Positions 21,650 to 34,230 of a stretch of DNA of 64,000 bases are shown here, piece by piece. Each line of letters starts with the position of its first letter. The stretch's first letter is position 1. The notes below the pieces were generated by a model, which had not been told where the DNA came from, made no database searches, and saw only the letters and a program-made list of their open reading frames with translations. Location of the stretch: the NCBI GenBank assembly GCA_038087875.1, contig CM075982.1, positions 12,648,001-12,712,000 of the forward strand, in the 5' to 3' direction. Both the position numbers and the translations under genes were made by a program. The DNA is from Malacoraja senta. Taxonomy: Eukaryota.

Positions 21650-22720
21650 TGAACACATCCTGGTTCCACATCCACTCTGTGTTATGATGGAATTTTCGTG
21701 AGCTGCCATCTGGTACTACATTAAGTTTCCCTGGCAGATAGATAGCTCCAATCCAAATCTCTCTATCCCTACTCCAGGTCCAATTCTATTTGGCAACCTG
21801 TCACATGATAACGATTTGATTCGACCCATGTGATTCATATCAGCAACTGCTGTAGTGTTGTCTATTTTGCACTGCACATGCAAACTAGTTTAGTTAGTGC
21901 CATAAGCCTTGAGTCCATAAAATACTCTTGGTTAATTCCCCATGTTTGCAGAAGCAATGTCCATCTGTCTCCACTGCTGGTTCTTGTATCAGTAGCACCC
22001 TACCCAAGTGCTCTGACATCTGTCTGCAAATCATGGAAGCTTGGTCCAATAACACTTTGGAACTACTAGTGGACACATGCTGAATCCACCATTGTACATC
22101 AGCAACAGCCTCTATTGATAGAAGCATAGGTCTATTATAATGACCCCAATGTATCCTCAATGCTTGTTCCTTTGACCTTTGTAATTGTAGATAATAAAGT
22201 GGCCATATTGAACTGCTGGAAATGCTGCCAGCCATTACCACAGCAGACTTGTCACCTGGCTAATTGAAGGCTGTGTGTCAGCAATTAACTTGATATAGCT
22301 CTTAATTAGCTCTACCCTTTTTTGCCTGGGCAAGGTCACAATGATGTTGATTAAGTCCATTGTGAACCCAACTAGTCAATTTGTGTCACAGGTATAAATT
22401 TAGATTTCTCTGGATAGCTTATAAAGCCCAATTAAAAAATGTTTTTTTACCAACTGACACTGATGCTTCAGCTGTTTCCTTTGATTGTCCTACAATCAAG
22501 ATATTATCTAGCTAAGCCATGAGCACGTGACCTTGACTTCTCATCATGCCTAGAATAGGTTTTAACAACTTTGTAATCCCTCTAGAAGCTGAAGAGAAAC
22601 CATTAGGCAGTGGATTGTATTGGCATAATTGCCCCATCCAGCTGAATTTTAAACCTTCAGTATAAACATATCTGAGGTACACATTTAATTGTATCACATT
22701 AGATCTGTCTACATCAGAAC
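21650..22720 (-). pseudogene. DIRS RT-RNase H remnant with the N-terminal part of RT deleted
   Basis: LKFSWMGQLCQYNPLPNGFSSASRGITKLLKP..MA*LDNILI (degenerate YLDD); DVQWW; QTDV..LG*GA RNase H motif. Confidence 0.85.
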
Positions 22721-22759
22721 CAGACCCTCTTACCTCCTTACCACCTGGCATTCTTCCCC

Positions 22760-24060
22760 GGCCTTCAGCTGGATATCTCACCTCCGTGGCGGTGCTACAG
22801 CCGAACGCCAACTGCGCTGCATTGTAGCTGGACTCGTCCCTTGCCCGGACCAGTCTGCTCCCTTATAGGGATACTTCCGCTTTGGTGAATATGTGGCTGC
22901 CGTCTTAGCCTCCTCCTCCAGCTCCTTCACCTGCTGTGCGAAATCCTCGCCAAACAGCTGTGCCGGTTGCACTTTGCCAGGCTGGCAGAGTGAAGCATAT
23001 TTAGCATTGATGGTTGGTCTAATCGCATCTTGCGTAGGCAGTTGATCTCAAAGTGGGCACTCCACAATAGCGCCTTTTGTTGTAATTTGTCATGGCCTCT
23101 CCATCCACCATCCTGGCAAAGCTCGTTATACCAGATGCCAGCAACTTTAAAAATATGCTGGAGCTTCACATGCTCCTGGGCTTTCATTAGTATGCCCATC
23201 TTGCCCCAATTCTTCCTGTTCTCAACAGGAACTTTTAACAGTCCACAGTTGGTTGGGGCTTCATACTTCATTACTGTCTCATCCATTGTCAGCTCCTGTA
23301 GCTGATGTGAGACTTGGTAATTTATGCTGGTGGCAAGTTCCTCACCCAGAGGCTCACCAGCGTCCGACGACATTGCAAACCGTGCTGCACACGGTGTCAG
23401 CTCTGACAGCTGCCTGCCCTCCCTTTGGAAGTCGTCGGACTCGGGGTCAGAGCGTATCTGCCCTTCTGCACTCACCTCTTGCAAAGAGGGTGCTTTCAAG
23501 CAGGCCTCTACTAGGCACTGCCAGCGGAGCCGTCCCCACGGCCTCCCGCCTGCACAACTCCTCCTGGAGTATGGCTTTATGAAGCAGGCCTCTCCTAGGC
23601 ACTGCCAGCGGAGCCTTCCCTAAGGCTTCCCGCCTGCACTACTCCTCCTGGAGTGTGGCTTTATGAAGCAGACCTCTCCTAGGCATTGCCAGCGGAGCCT
23701 TCCCTATGGCTTCCCGTCTGCACAACTCCCCTGGAGCGTCTCTGTGGAGCAGCCCCTGTATGAGCTGCTCCTTTTGGATAACCGCTGGGGAACGGTATCC
23801 TGTCCCCGACGGGACTCTCGTGGCCCGACTCTGTGGAGTCTATAGCCCTTACAGACTTGACTTATGCCTACCGCCCGACTGGCGTTGGCTGTGTACCCGG
23901 CTGGGCACTTTGCCAAGTCTGTCGCCGCACCGCTACCGGCTTGCGACTCCCCCGAGGTGACAGGCTGCCTTTCAGAGACTGCGTCCCGCAGCTCTCTCTC
24001 TCCTTGTCGGCAGCAGCCTGCACCTTTTCCTTGTTCCTGTATGTGGGGGAAAAACACACA
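22760..24060 (-). pseudogene. DIRS gag-like ORF1 remnant containing an 84-bp tandem repeat
   Basis: PTNCGLLKVP..W..VKLQHI..AHFEINCLRK..LFGEDFAQQVKEL; three repeat units at 23498-23750. Confidence 0.7.
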
Positions 24061-24609
24061 GAAACAATTTCTATACTTTTCTCTAACTCCTCCAAAGTCT
24101 CCCCGACTTTGGTGGAGCTGTAATTACTCACCTTGCAGCAAGAGGTCCGTGCTCCTGCTGCGTTGTCGCCAATGCGTCAGACGTAATGACGCGCATGCGC
24201 CCTGACGGGGTTCTTCACGTAGTCACTCACGTGACTCCGAAGTAAAATGATTGATTACATGTTACATTTTACAAAGGGACACATATCCAATATTATATGT
24301 TTCATTATGTTATGAAATACAAAACAAATACATCGTCTGCCTGATTTAAGCCCAGCATTTAGACAACTATTGAGGAATCCTCATGGAAGGAAGAACAAGA
24401 CTTAGAGGTGTTCATGTAACAATACTCCCACACAAATGCCAGATCCTAAATTCCCTTAATATCCAAAAGTTAATGTCTGAATCTGCAAGGGTCCTGACCT
24501 GAAATGTCATCCATCCTTTTTCTTTAGAGATGCTGCCTGACCCGCTGAGTTCCTCCTGCACTTTGTGTCTATCTGCGTTACATTAGGTTTCTTCAACCAA
24601 ATCCTTAAT

Positions 24610-24900
24610 GTAGACTGTTTGCAGTCTGCTGCAATGATTGGATTGTGACCAGTTCTCTACTTTCCAATTTGTGGGATGTTCTACAGCCTTTGGTATTTTG
24701 CAAGATACGAGCCAAAGCATTCATTGTCTCTGTAAAAACATCGGGACACTGGTCATCAAGTCCTGCTGACCTATCAGCATCCATTCCTTTAAGATGTCCA
24801 GTAATACTTTTTTGCAGCTCGTCATTAATCTTAGATCTGTTGCTTCTTCTATTTCCAAAAGGTTTTCTGTGTGTTCCGTGAAACAGATACAAATATTTGC
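24610..24900 (-). mobile_element. Very old CR1 RT fragment
   Basis: LKGMDADRSAGLDD..ALARILQN resembles [18 protein letters not shown] of the young CR1. Confidence 0.55.
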
Positions 24901-25224
24901 AGTAAAACCTACATCAGGATATAGGTGATGATAACCTTTCCTGGTTTACCATGGAGGGCATTATAATGTTTAGAGCATTTAGGGCCACAGTCAAGCTGTT
25001 GATTTTTGTAGCTCCTTCCAGCCTGTTCTATGTACTTGCTGAAGACTTTCTCCTCCTTCCTATGGAAGATGATGTCCCTGTCGGCATATAAAAGACATCA
25101 GGATGAATTCACCAAAATATCTGGGGACAACACTGGTGCATTCCTGGTCCATTTTGCTCTCATTCTTTGCAGACCTTTGCAGGCTTCTTCAAATGTAATG
25201 CTTCATTGTGGCTTTAAATAACTG

Positions 25225-25610
25225 AGCTGAAATGGTGCAGCTTTACCAGGATGCTGCCTGAATTAAAGGTCATTGGCTAAAGGAGAGCTTGGGCAAACTT
25301 GGATTGTTTTCTCTGGACTGTTGGAGGACAAGGCGAGATCCTTTTCCAGGGAGGAAATATCAAAGACTACAGGGCATAGTTTTGAGGTGAGAGTGGCAAC
25401 AAGTTTTGTACACAGGTGGGTGCCTGAAAGGTGCTGACAGGGTGGTTGAGGAGGCATTTAAGAGACTTTTAGATGGGCACATGGACACACAGGGAATGGG
25501 GGTATGTGAATCATGTGCAGGCAGAGAAGATCAATTAACCTGATATCATGTTTGGCATGGAGATTGTGGGCTGAAGGGCCTGTTTCTGTGCTGAACTGTT
25601 CTATGTTTTA
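25225..25610 (+). mobile_element. CR1 3' fragment
   Basis: tttaccaggatgctgcctg...gggctgaagggcctgtttctgtgctgaactgttctatgtt. Confidence 0.8.
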
Positions 25611-25817
25611 GGTGCTGTATGAAACACACTCCCGTGTCATCAATATGCCCATTTGGCTTGTTGGTGACAAAAAAATGGCGTTATAGCTGCACGGCAGGAA
25701 ATTCAGGCCTCCCCGCTATGAGGACCATCCACCCTTCGATCCCCAGGCACCAGGTATTGCTCTCTGAGATTGACTGAATGAGATGGCTGGCTGAGATGAG
25801 TAGATATTTGTTGCATG

Positions 25818-26119
25818 AGTTTAGTTTAGTTCAATTTAGTTTAGAGTAGAAACAGGCCTTTTAGCCCACCGAGTCCACGCCGACCAGCATTCTCCGCACA
25901 AAAAACACTATCCTACACACAGTAGGGACAATTTAACCAAAGACAAATAACCTACAAACTTGTACATCTTTGGAGTGTGGGAGGAAACCGGAGCACCCGG
26001 AGAAAACCCACAGGGTCACAGGGAGAACGTACAAACTCCGTACAGACTGCACCCGTGGTCGGGATTGAATCGGGATCTCTGGTGCTGTACGGCAGCAACT
26101 ACCGCTGCACCACCATGCC
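25818..26119 (-). mobile_element. HE1/V-SINE-like SINE
   Basis: Same family as 4445-4763. Confidence 0.85.
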
Positions 26120-26624
26120 TTTAAATATTTTAAATAGCTCGGAGTAAAGGCTATAAAATGGAGCTGACACACCGACCAGCTAAGTAGCTGCATTGCCTCT
26201 TCCTGTTTCAGAGTTGCGATCAATCAAAGTCATCTATCCGATTGCTGTAACGGGTGCATTTTCCAATGGAGCAATCTTGGCGTGAAGCCTTGCCCACATG
26301 CAGTGCCACAAGTTTCCCTTCATTAACTTTGGAAAAATAAAAGCATCAATCTCCACGCCATCTCCAGTGCTCATGGGCCCCAGCTCAAATCTAACAATCT
26401 CTTTATTCAAACCACTGAACTGAGAGGGAAAGAGCTGGAAAAAAGATGTCACACCACTGCATTGTGAATTGGAGAGGTTAGAGAGGGCATATGGTCATAA
26501 TGGTGCAGGGGGTGCTTTTCCACATTAGAGCTGCTACTTATTCCTATGTAGCGAACAGGGAGTTTTACCCTTTTTAAAATCCAACTGGTGCCCGACTCTA
26601 AAGTCAATGATTTAAAATGTTTAG

Positions 26625-26725
26625 GATGTGTAGGAAGGAACTGCAGATGTGGTTTAAATCGAAGATAGACACAAAATGCTGGAGTAACTCAGCGGGACAG
26701 GCAGCGTCTCTGGAGAGAAGGAATG
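26625..26725 (-). mobile_element. Penelope-derived 3' fragment
   Basis: gtgtaggaaggaactgcagatg...gagtaactcagcgggacaggcagcgtctctggagagaagg. Confidence 0.75.
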
Positions 26726-26829
26726 CTTATTGTATTTAGATGGCACCTTTCACAATTTCAGGATGCACCAAAGCATCTATTAGCTTTTTTCAAGTCACTG
26801 GTGAAACGTACAAATTGGACTTTCTTTTA

Positions 26830-27640
26830 TAATCATTCAGTTTTGGGGATGTGTGGTTTGCTTACAGGGCAGCATTTATCACCCATTCATATTCACTCCT
26901 GTGAAGGTAGTGTGAGCTGCCTTCTTGAACCGCCGCAGTCCTTCTGGTGAAAGTACTCGCACGATGTTAGTGAGTGGGCAGTTCCAGGACTTCGACCCAG
27001 CTACAATGAAGAACCAGAGATGGCCTGGGCGGCAACTTGTAGAGGTGGCGCTGTTCACTGGCACCTGACACTCTTGTCTTTCTTGGTGGCTGATGTTGTG
27101 GGTTGGGGCACAAATGGACACAAAGTGCAGGAGTAACTCAGTTGGTCGGGCAGCATCTTTGGAAAACATGGATGGATGACGTTTCGGATCGGGACCCTCC
27201 TTCAGACTCTTTGGGAACAGCTGCTGGAGTAGGTTGGTGAGTAATTGCAGTGCATTTGGCAAACTCTGCAGCTACGGGGTGCTGGTGATGAAATGAACAA
27301 ACATTTGGGTTGGTGGATGGAGTACCAAACACGCAGGCTCCACAGTGCCAGGCTGTCTGAGTTACGGCACTCATACAGGCAAATGTAGAGCATTCCATCA
27401 CACTCCTGACCTGTGCATTGTACTTGATGTAAAGACTTCATGGTACCAGGAAGTGAGACATTTATTGTTGCCCATGCGGCTTCTGAAGCCATAATAAGGT
27501 GGTTGATTCAGTCGATTCTTTGGTCAGTGGTGACCGGCACATGTTGATGATGAGGGATTCATGATGGTAACACCATTGAAAGTCAAGTGTAAGTGATTAG
27601 ACTCCCTCTTGTTGGCGATGCCAACATTGCCTGGCACTTT
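26830..27640 (-). mobile_element. Old CR1/L2-group LINE 3' fragment with a Penelope-derived insert at 27113-27208
   Basis: Tail attcagttttggggatgtg...cagcatttatcaccc; remnant QVQ..MECSTFACMSA. Confidence 0.65.
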
Positions 27641-28242
27641 TAGACTTCAGAGATACAGTGCAGAAACAGGCTCATCTGCCCACCCAGTCAGATCTGACCA
27701 GTAATCACCCTGTACATACAACGCACACCTCCAGATTCAAGGACAATTTCTTTCCCAGCTGTTAGTATGGAACTGAACCATCCGACCACAACCAGAGAGC
27801 AGTCCTGAACTACTATCTACTATCTACCTCATCGGAGACCCTCGGACTATCGTTGATCGTGACTTTACTGGCTTTACCTTCCACTGAACATTATTCCCTT
27901 ATCATGTATCTGTCACTGTGAATGTCTCAATTGTAATCATGTATTGTCCTTCCGCTGGCTGGTTTGCACGCAACAATGGTTTTTCACTGTGCTTCGGTAC
28001 ACGTGACAATAAACTAAACTAAGCTATCCAACACATGAGGGACAATTTACAATTTTACCAAAGCCAATTAAACTACAAATCTGTATGTCTTTGGAGTGTG
28101 GGAGGAAACCAGAGCTCCCAGAGAAAACCCACGCGGTCACAGAGAGAACATACAAACTCCATACACACAGCACCCATAGCCTGGATCGAACCCGGTGCTT
28201 TGGCGCAGTATGGCAGCAGCTCTACCGTTTCGCCACACTGCC
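27640..28242 (-). mobile_element. HE1/V-SINE-like SINE interrupted by a Rex1-like LINE tail
   Basis: SINE tail at 27640-27720, head at 28023-28242. Confidence 0.75.
27720..28022 (+). mobile_element. Rex1/Babar-like LINE 3' end
   Basis: TSRFKDNFFP-like C-terminus; stem-loop cactgtgcttcggtacacgtgacaataaactaaact. Confidence 0.7.
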
Positions 28243-28639
28243 AGCCTTTTGTGGCATGTTGCCTGCCACTTGTCATCCATCCATTCAAGTGCAAAGTGGG
28301 CTAACTTCAGGTGCCTGAGTTCCTCACTCCACAAACCTCCAGATGAGATGATAACGGCTGGAGTTATTTTCAGATATAATAGTGGCATGCAAGAGGCTTT
28401 TGGATAGGCACATGGAAATGTAGTGGATTGTGGGGTATGGATCACATGCAGGCAGAGGTGATTAGTTTAACTTGGCATCATGTTCAGCACAGGCATTTTG
28501 GACAGAAGGACCTGTTCCTGTACTGCACTGCTCACTGTTCTATGTTAGATTGAAAATGATGCATACCTCTCTGCTATTTGAGAGAATGTGGCACATTTCT
28601 AAAGACTTACCAAAAATTTACTGAGAGGAAATTCTTAAA

Positions 28640-29400
28640 ATCTCTCCTTAAGAGGAGAGTGACTTCATAACTTCACAATTTTGAGAAAGCCAATATCAAT
28701 TATTAAAGGATGGACATAGCTTAAGAAGCCTGATTGACCATTTTGAAGAGAAGATTAAAACAATGTATAGGAACAATGTTATCATTGAGTACTTTCAGAG
28801 CTATTAAATCAAGTCTCTCTCAAGAGAAACATGATTTTTAACCTCATGGAATTGAAGGCAAATATTGTGCTTATTTTGGAATTTGGCTGGGTGGCAGGAG
28901 ACTGTAAGGGTGCTCTGGTTGATAAGAAATGATTGGAAGCATCCTGCAAGATATGTGATATAAAGCTATATTCCACAGTTGTCAATGACATTTTGCTGGG
29001 CTGCTTTACAAATTGTACTGAGAGAAGCATAAACTAACAAAGAGATTAAAATAGGTTAAAAAGAAATGTCAAAAAAAATGTACCAACTGGATTTCAATAC
29101 TGGAAAATGTGAAGTCATCCGAATTGGACAAGAAAAGGGCAGAATAGGATACTTTGTAAATGGTGATAGACTAGAAGCAGTCGAGGGCCAGAGAGACTTA
29201 GACAACTATGTGGATTGATCATTAAAGGACAGGGACAGGAAATAATCAGCAGAGACTAATAGAATGATGCCAAAATATCCAATGGGTTAGAATACAAACT
29301 ACGCTACAGCTAAGCAAAGCTCTGTTTAAATCACTTTGAGATTACAGTGAGCAGTTCTAGGAACCATGCTTTAGGTAGGTCCGAGGCAGCTTCTGAAAAT
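28640..29400 (+). mobile_element. Very old CR1 RT region
   Basis: Remnants such as ttcaatactggaaaatgtgaagtcatc (FNxGKCEVI) and gggttagaatacaaa. Confidence 0.55.
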
Positions 29401-29776
29401 GTGAGGGTTTTCAAGAGTCAGAGTATAGAGTTACACAGCACAAAAACAGGCCCTTCGGCCCAACTTGCCTATGCTGACTAAAGTGCCCATCCTAAACTAG
29501 TCCCATTTGCCCACGCTTGGCCCATATCCCTCTCACCTTTCCTATCCATGTATCTGTCCAAGTGATTTTATATTACCTGACTCATCTGCTTCCTCTGACA
29601 AAGTGGGTTTAGGAAATCTTTGTGGAGGTAATTCTCCAATTTTGAGTTGATGAAAGGCCAATTGTTAACTTTAAACCTGAGATAGATTTTTATACACTAA
29701 AGGAACAGAGAGATATGGGCACGCAATGTTTAATCCGCTCTCTCTTCTCTTGCTGGAATATCTACATTCAGGATGT

Positions 29777-29924
29777 GTAAGAAGGAACTGCAGATGCTGG
29801 TTTAAACCAAAGATAGACACAGTCTGAAGAAGGGTCTCGACCCGAAACGTCACCCATTCCTTTGCTCCAGAGATGCTGCCTGTCCCACTGTTACTCCAAC
29901 AAGCTTTATGTGTCTATCTCCACT
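29777..29924. mobile_element. Penelope-derived short element with an intact hammerhead-like core
   Basis: TSD-like ttcaggatgt at 29767-29776 and 29925-29934. Confidence 0.8.
29822..29853 (+). ncRNA. Minimal type I hammerhead ribozyme motif (PLE-type)
   Basis: GU-CUGAAGA-A-GGGUC(UC)GACCC-GAAAC-GUC^AC. Confidence 0.65.
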
Positions 29925-32199
29925 TTCAGGATGTTCTGAATGTTTTTCTGTTATTTCCATTTCTCTCCTTTCCCTTCTTCAATTTTGTTTTCTAATTCCT
30001 TTGGGTTTTTTTTTTATCAGACATCTCCCAACCCCCTCACACCCATTTCACTATCAGAGGATTATTTTACATTTTCATCTTCTCCAGGATTTTGTCATCT
30101 TGAACTTTCTCCCTTCAATCATTTAATCTCTCCTGCTTTCCCAGTTGTCTCCGTCTTTTCTTCCATCTTCCAACCTGTCCTTGTCTCATTATTCCAAGTT
30201 CTGATAAATAGATCTTTAACCTGAATGTTGGCTGTTCCTCTGATGTATTTGTATGTATTTATATAAATGTCTTAGGACGTAGCATCGCCATCAAGTGTAT
30301 ATAAATATGTACGCACAATGTGTGGAGAATTTGTTGCTGTTTGTCTAGAATAAGCTATGTTGTTTGAAGCTCCTGTAACTCTCTTATTGTAAGTGAAACC
30401 TACTAAATACTATCTATGGCTCGATTACAATGTCTCCCTTCATATATGCTGCCAAATCTTGTAAGTATTTCCAGCACTTTATATTTCCATTTGTATGGCT
30501 AGTACATACCATTAGGCCAGAGGTGGACAACGAACTAAAAGTACATAACTGTAGGTGTGGACATTTGAAACAAAACTTGTGAATGTTGGACACATTTGGC
30601 AGGTCAGACAGTACCTTTGGAGAGAGAAACAGGGTAAGCAGTTCAGGACAATGAAGTATGAGTTTGAGTTTGAGTTCAGTTTGAGAGGTACATGTTCGAA
30701 TGAAAGCAGCCCATGATCTCCACGATTGGCAACGACCTAAGGAAGGAAAGAACCTCTTGCTTCAATGTTCCTTTGTAAATGGAAAATGCTTTATTCATCA
30801 TAACTGGCATCTCAAGCATTAAACTCAGATGAAAGACGTTTGTGGAAGCAGTTGAAACATAGGTCAGCCACGATCTAATTAAATGGCAGAAAATCTTTAG
30901 GAATCGAACAGACTGCTCTTGTACCTTTGGAAAAATAATAAAGGACCAAAATGAGCCTCACTTCCTCCAACAGACCTAAACGCCCTCATGTAAAGATAAC
31001 ATTAGAGACTCACTGTTCAAATGCACCGTTAATGTCTTGTTGACCTGCTCTGGATCGAGTTCCTAAGCAGTACCATTGCTCATATTAATTCAGGCATTTG
31101 GTTCGGACTCTCTGTCTAATCATGTTCATTGTTTTTCACCAAAGGAATGTGCACTACATTGGTCTTCAATGAGGGCTGTTGTGGTCCAAAGTCAATTTCT
31201 GAATTAAAGAAAGTGTTTTTAACTTTAGCAGCTTTGGGTTGTCGCCTACACACTGGCCTCTTGCGGTGCCGTGTCCAGATAGTGTTTAAGTAAATTCTAA
31301 CGGGAATTACTTCCAATCTGATTATATTGCTTCCGATTTGGCAGACGCCATTGTTATACTTAGCCTATAGCAAAATAAAGGAGAAATTTTAAAAAAAATG
31401 GAAAGGATGTGTTTTTGCTTTGGAAGGACTTAATAGGGAAGAAATGTGCCACTGGATCCACCATGAAATTCAAAACAGATTTTAGGCCTACCATTACTCC
31501 AAGGTAGAATGTTTTCAAAAACATTCCAAAAGAAAGTATTTGTGGGATGATCGAAAGCTACAACCGAGAAGGAAGGAGAAAGAGTTGGGAATTATTCACC
31601 CTCTGGTATCTGGAGGTCTGCGATGAGGATGTAATGATGAGTTTATTCACTAGATTAGATAAATGCAGCCTGATTTGAGTAACAGAGACATTACTTGCCC
31701 TTCATCTTCTATACTGCACTGCTGAAGAAGAAGTCATAGGACTGTAGAAGGTTTCTGACAAAGAAGAAGGCCATTTGACCCATTGTGTCCATGCTAGTTA
31801 TAAAAGAGTTACCTCACACTCCAGCTTTTGATCCAAAGCCCCAGAAGTCATAGCTCTCCAAGTGCACTTCCAGCCATGGTTTGAATGAGATAATGGTGTC
31901 TGTCTCCATCACCCCTTCAGGAAGGGAGTGAGTTGCTGATTCCCCCCATCTTCTGAAAAAGTCTCGTCATTTTTCCTCAAAATTGTATGCCAATTGTTTT
32001 AAATCCATGCCCCCTAATTTTGCCTCTCAGCTGAAAAATAGGTATTTTTTATTTAATATACCTTGGCCCTATATTGTTTTATACATCTTGATTAAGTGTC
32101 CCATCAACTTAACAAACGATGACGCTTCTGATATAATGTTGGTGCTCTTATATTCCATGTCTCAACTAATATTGGAAAGCTGCCTGCACGCTTATTTTA

Positions 32200-32600
32200 T
32201 AAATAGACTGAGTGGGCAAAATTCTGGCAGAGTTTAATGTGGGGACGTGTGAAATTATGCACCTCATTAAGAATCTAAGGGCAGATTATTATCTAAATGG
32301 AGAGCCACTGCAAATGAGAGAAGTTCAGAAGGAACTAACTGTTCTAGTGCATGACTCACAAAATCTTAGCTGGCAGACGCACCTAGCAATTAGCAGGACA
32401 GATGACATCTCGGTCTTTATTGCAAAGGGGTTGGAGTTTTGAAATAGGACTTATTTATCATGATTGTATAGGGTATAGTATATTCACCAGGCTATCTCAA
32501 ATGAGGTCAAATGAGGTCTGTGTTCTTCGGAGTTTAGAAGAGTGAGGGGTTATCTTATTGAAACCACATGTCCTAAGGGGAGGTGACAAGGGAGGATACA
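32200..32600 (+). mobile_element. Old CR1 fragment
   Basis: EFNVGTCEIMHL..ADYYLNGE..FIAKGLEF. Confidence 0.75.
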
Positions 32601-32649
32601 AAGATGCACTGCACTACTGCTGCTGCTATTACATTTAATTATTTTGTTC

Positions 32650-32945
32650 AGTTTAGTACAGTGCAGTTTGGTTTACGTACCGAAGTATAGTGAAAAGCTT
32701 TTGTTTCGTGCTAACCAGTCAGTAGAAAGACAATACATGATTACAAGCGAGCCATTCACAGTGTACAGATACATGATAAGGGAGTAACATTTTGTGCAAG
32801 ATAAAGTCAGTAAAAAGTCCGATCAGAGATAGTCCGAGATCACCAATGTGGTAGATGGTGATTCAGGACTGCTCTCTGGTTGGGCTGGGATAGTTCAGTT
32901 GCCTGATAACTGTTGGGAAGAAACGGTCTTTGTATCTGGAGGTGT
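32650..32945 (-). mobile_element. Rex1-like LINE 3' end
   Basis: Reverse complement of the 27720-28022 family. Confidence 0.7.
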
Positions 32946-33049
32946 ATTTTGGTTCCTTATTTGCATTATAGAATCAGTTAGTTGTACTTTCTTGTTATTT
33001 TCAACCTCTTAGACATTTTTTTAGCAAAGTCTTTAGGAAATCTTAGGTT

Positions 33050-34230
33050 GATATTTTTCCGTAACCTTCCCTTTGACTCTTTGTCCGTGACCTTCCCTCT
33101 ATCATAAGGATAAAAGTGGTGCTGTCATTGATGACTGCGCAGTTTTCAATTCCATTCAAGATTCTTCACAAATCCCAGGCCAACATGTGGCAAGTTCTAG
33201 AAACATGCAAGCAAGGGCTGATAAATGGCAAGTAACTTTCATGCCAAACAAGTGCTAAGAAAAGAACAGTTATAATATGTGATAGTCTCACCATATATCC
33301 CTGATATTGAATATTACATCCTTGAGCCATCTACCAACAACATCCTGTGGATCACCATTGACCAGAAATTCAAATCATTCAACCACATAAATATGGTGGC
33401 TACAAGAGCAGGTCAGAGGCTGGGTATCTTACACTGAGAATTTCACTTCCTGATGCTCCAAAGTCTTTCCATCATCTATGGCACAATCAGTAGAGCTATA
33501 GGATTTTATCCCTGTGCCTGGATGAGTGCAGCTCTGGTATGCCAAAAGCTCAACACTATCTCAGACAAAGACTGTTTAATAGATATTCCAGCCACCTCGG
33601 TAAACGTTTCATTCCCTCTACCACACGAAGTGTACCATGTCCAACATTCTCTGCAGTTGGTTGTAGAGAGCACATTGACGTCATCTCCCTAACCTCTACA
33701 ACCAAGAAGTAAGTAAGTAAGTAAGTAAGTTTATTGGCCAAGTATTCACATACAAGGAATTTGCCTTGGTGCTCCGCCCACAAGTAACAACATGACATAC
33801 AGTGACAGTTACGAATGTCTCCGAAAACACTAAACATTAATAATAATAAGACATTAATGATAAAACACCATTGATCAAGCATGTGAACCAACAAAATACC
33901 AGATCAAATACCAGAAGAGCGAGGACAGCAAGTGTAGGGAACATCCTAGGCTGCAAATAGTCACAGAATTATACAGCTCAGAGATAGACCCTTTGGCCCA
34001 ACTCGTCTTTTGCCCCTAAACCTTTCCTATCCATGTACCGGCACAAATGTCAATTCTATCATTATTATTCTACCAAATATATTGTACTTTCATTGTCATG
34101 GGTTTAAATCCTTGAGCTCCCACACCTTTCCAAGAGCACTGATGGAACACATTCACTAGAGGAACTGCAGCAGCTCAAGGAGACGGCTAACCACCATCTT
34201 CTTCAGGGCAGTTAGAAATAACCAGCGACA
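33050..34230 (+). mobile_element. Old CR1/L2-group LINE with nested insertions, including a (TTAC)n-tailed element at 33705-33910
   Basis: gggctgataaatggcaagtaactttcatgccaaacaagtgc; agagcaggtcagaggctggg; 3' tail at 34130-34230. Confidence 0.65.

Larger units (their letters stand above)
19755..24247 (-). mobile_element. DIRS1-type tyrosine-recombinase retrotransposon, both termini intact, coding degraded
   Basis: ITR cores 19827-19861 and 24187-24221; ICR 19984-20095; gag, RT, RNase H, methyltransferase-like and YR remnants in order; no TSD. Confidence 0.95.

Noticed and set aside
23498-23750. CRISPR-like repeat array
   Set aside because: Contiguous 84-bp tandem units without unique spacers, inside the DIRS gag region of eukaryotic DNA
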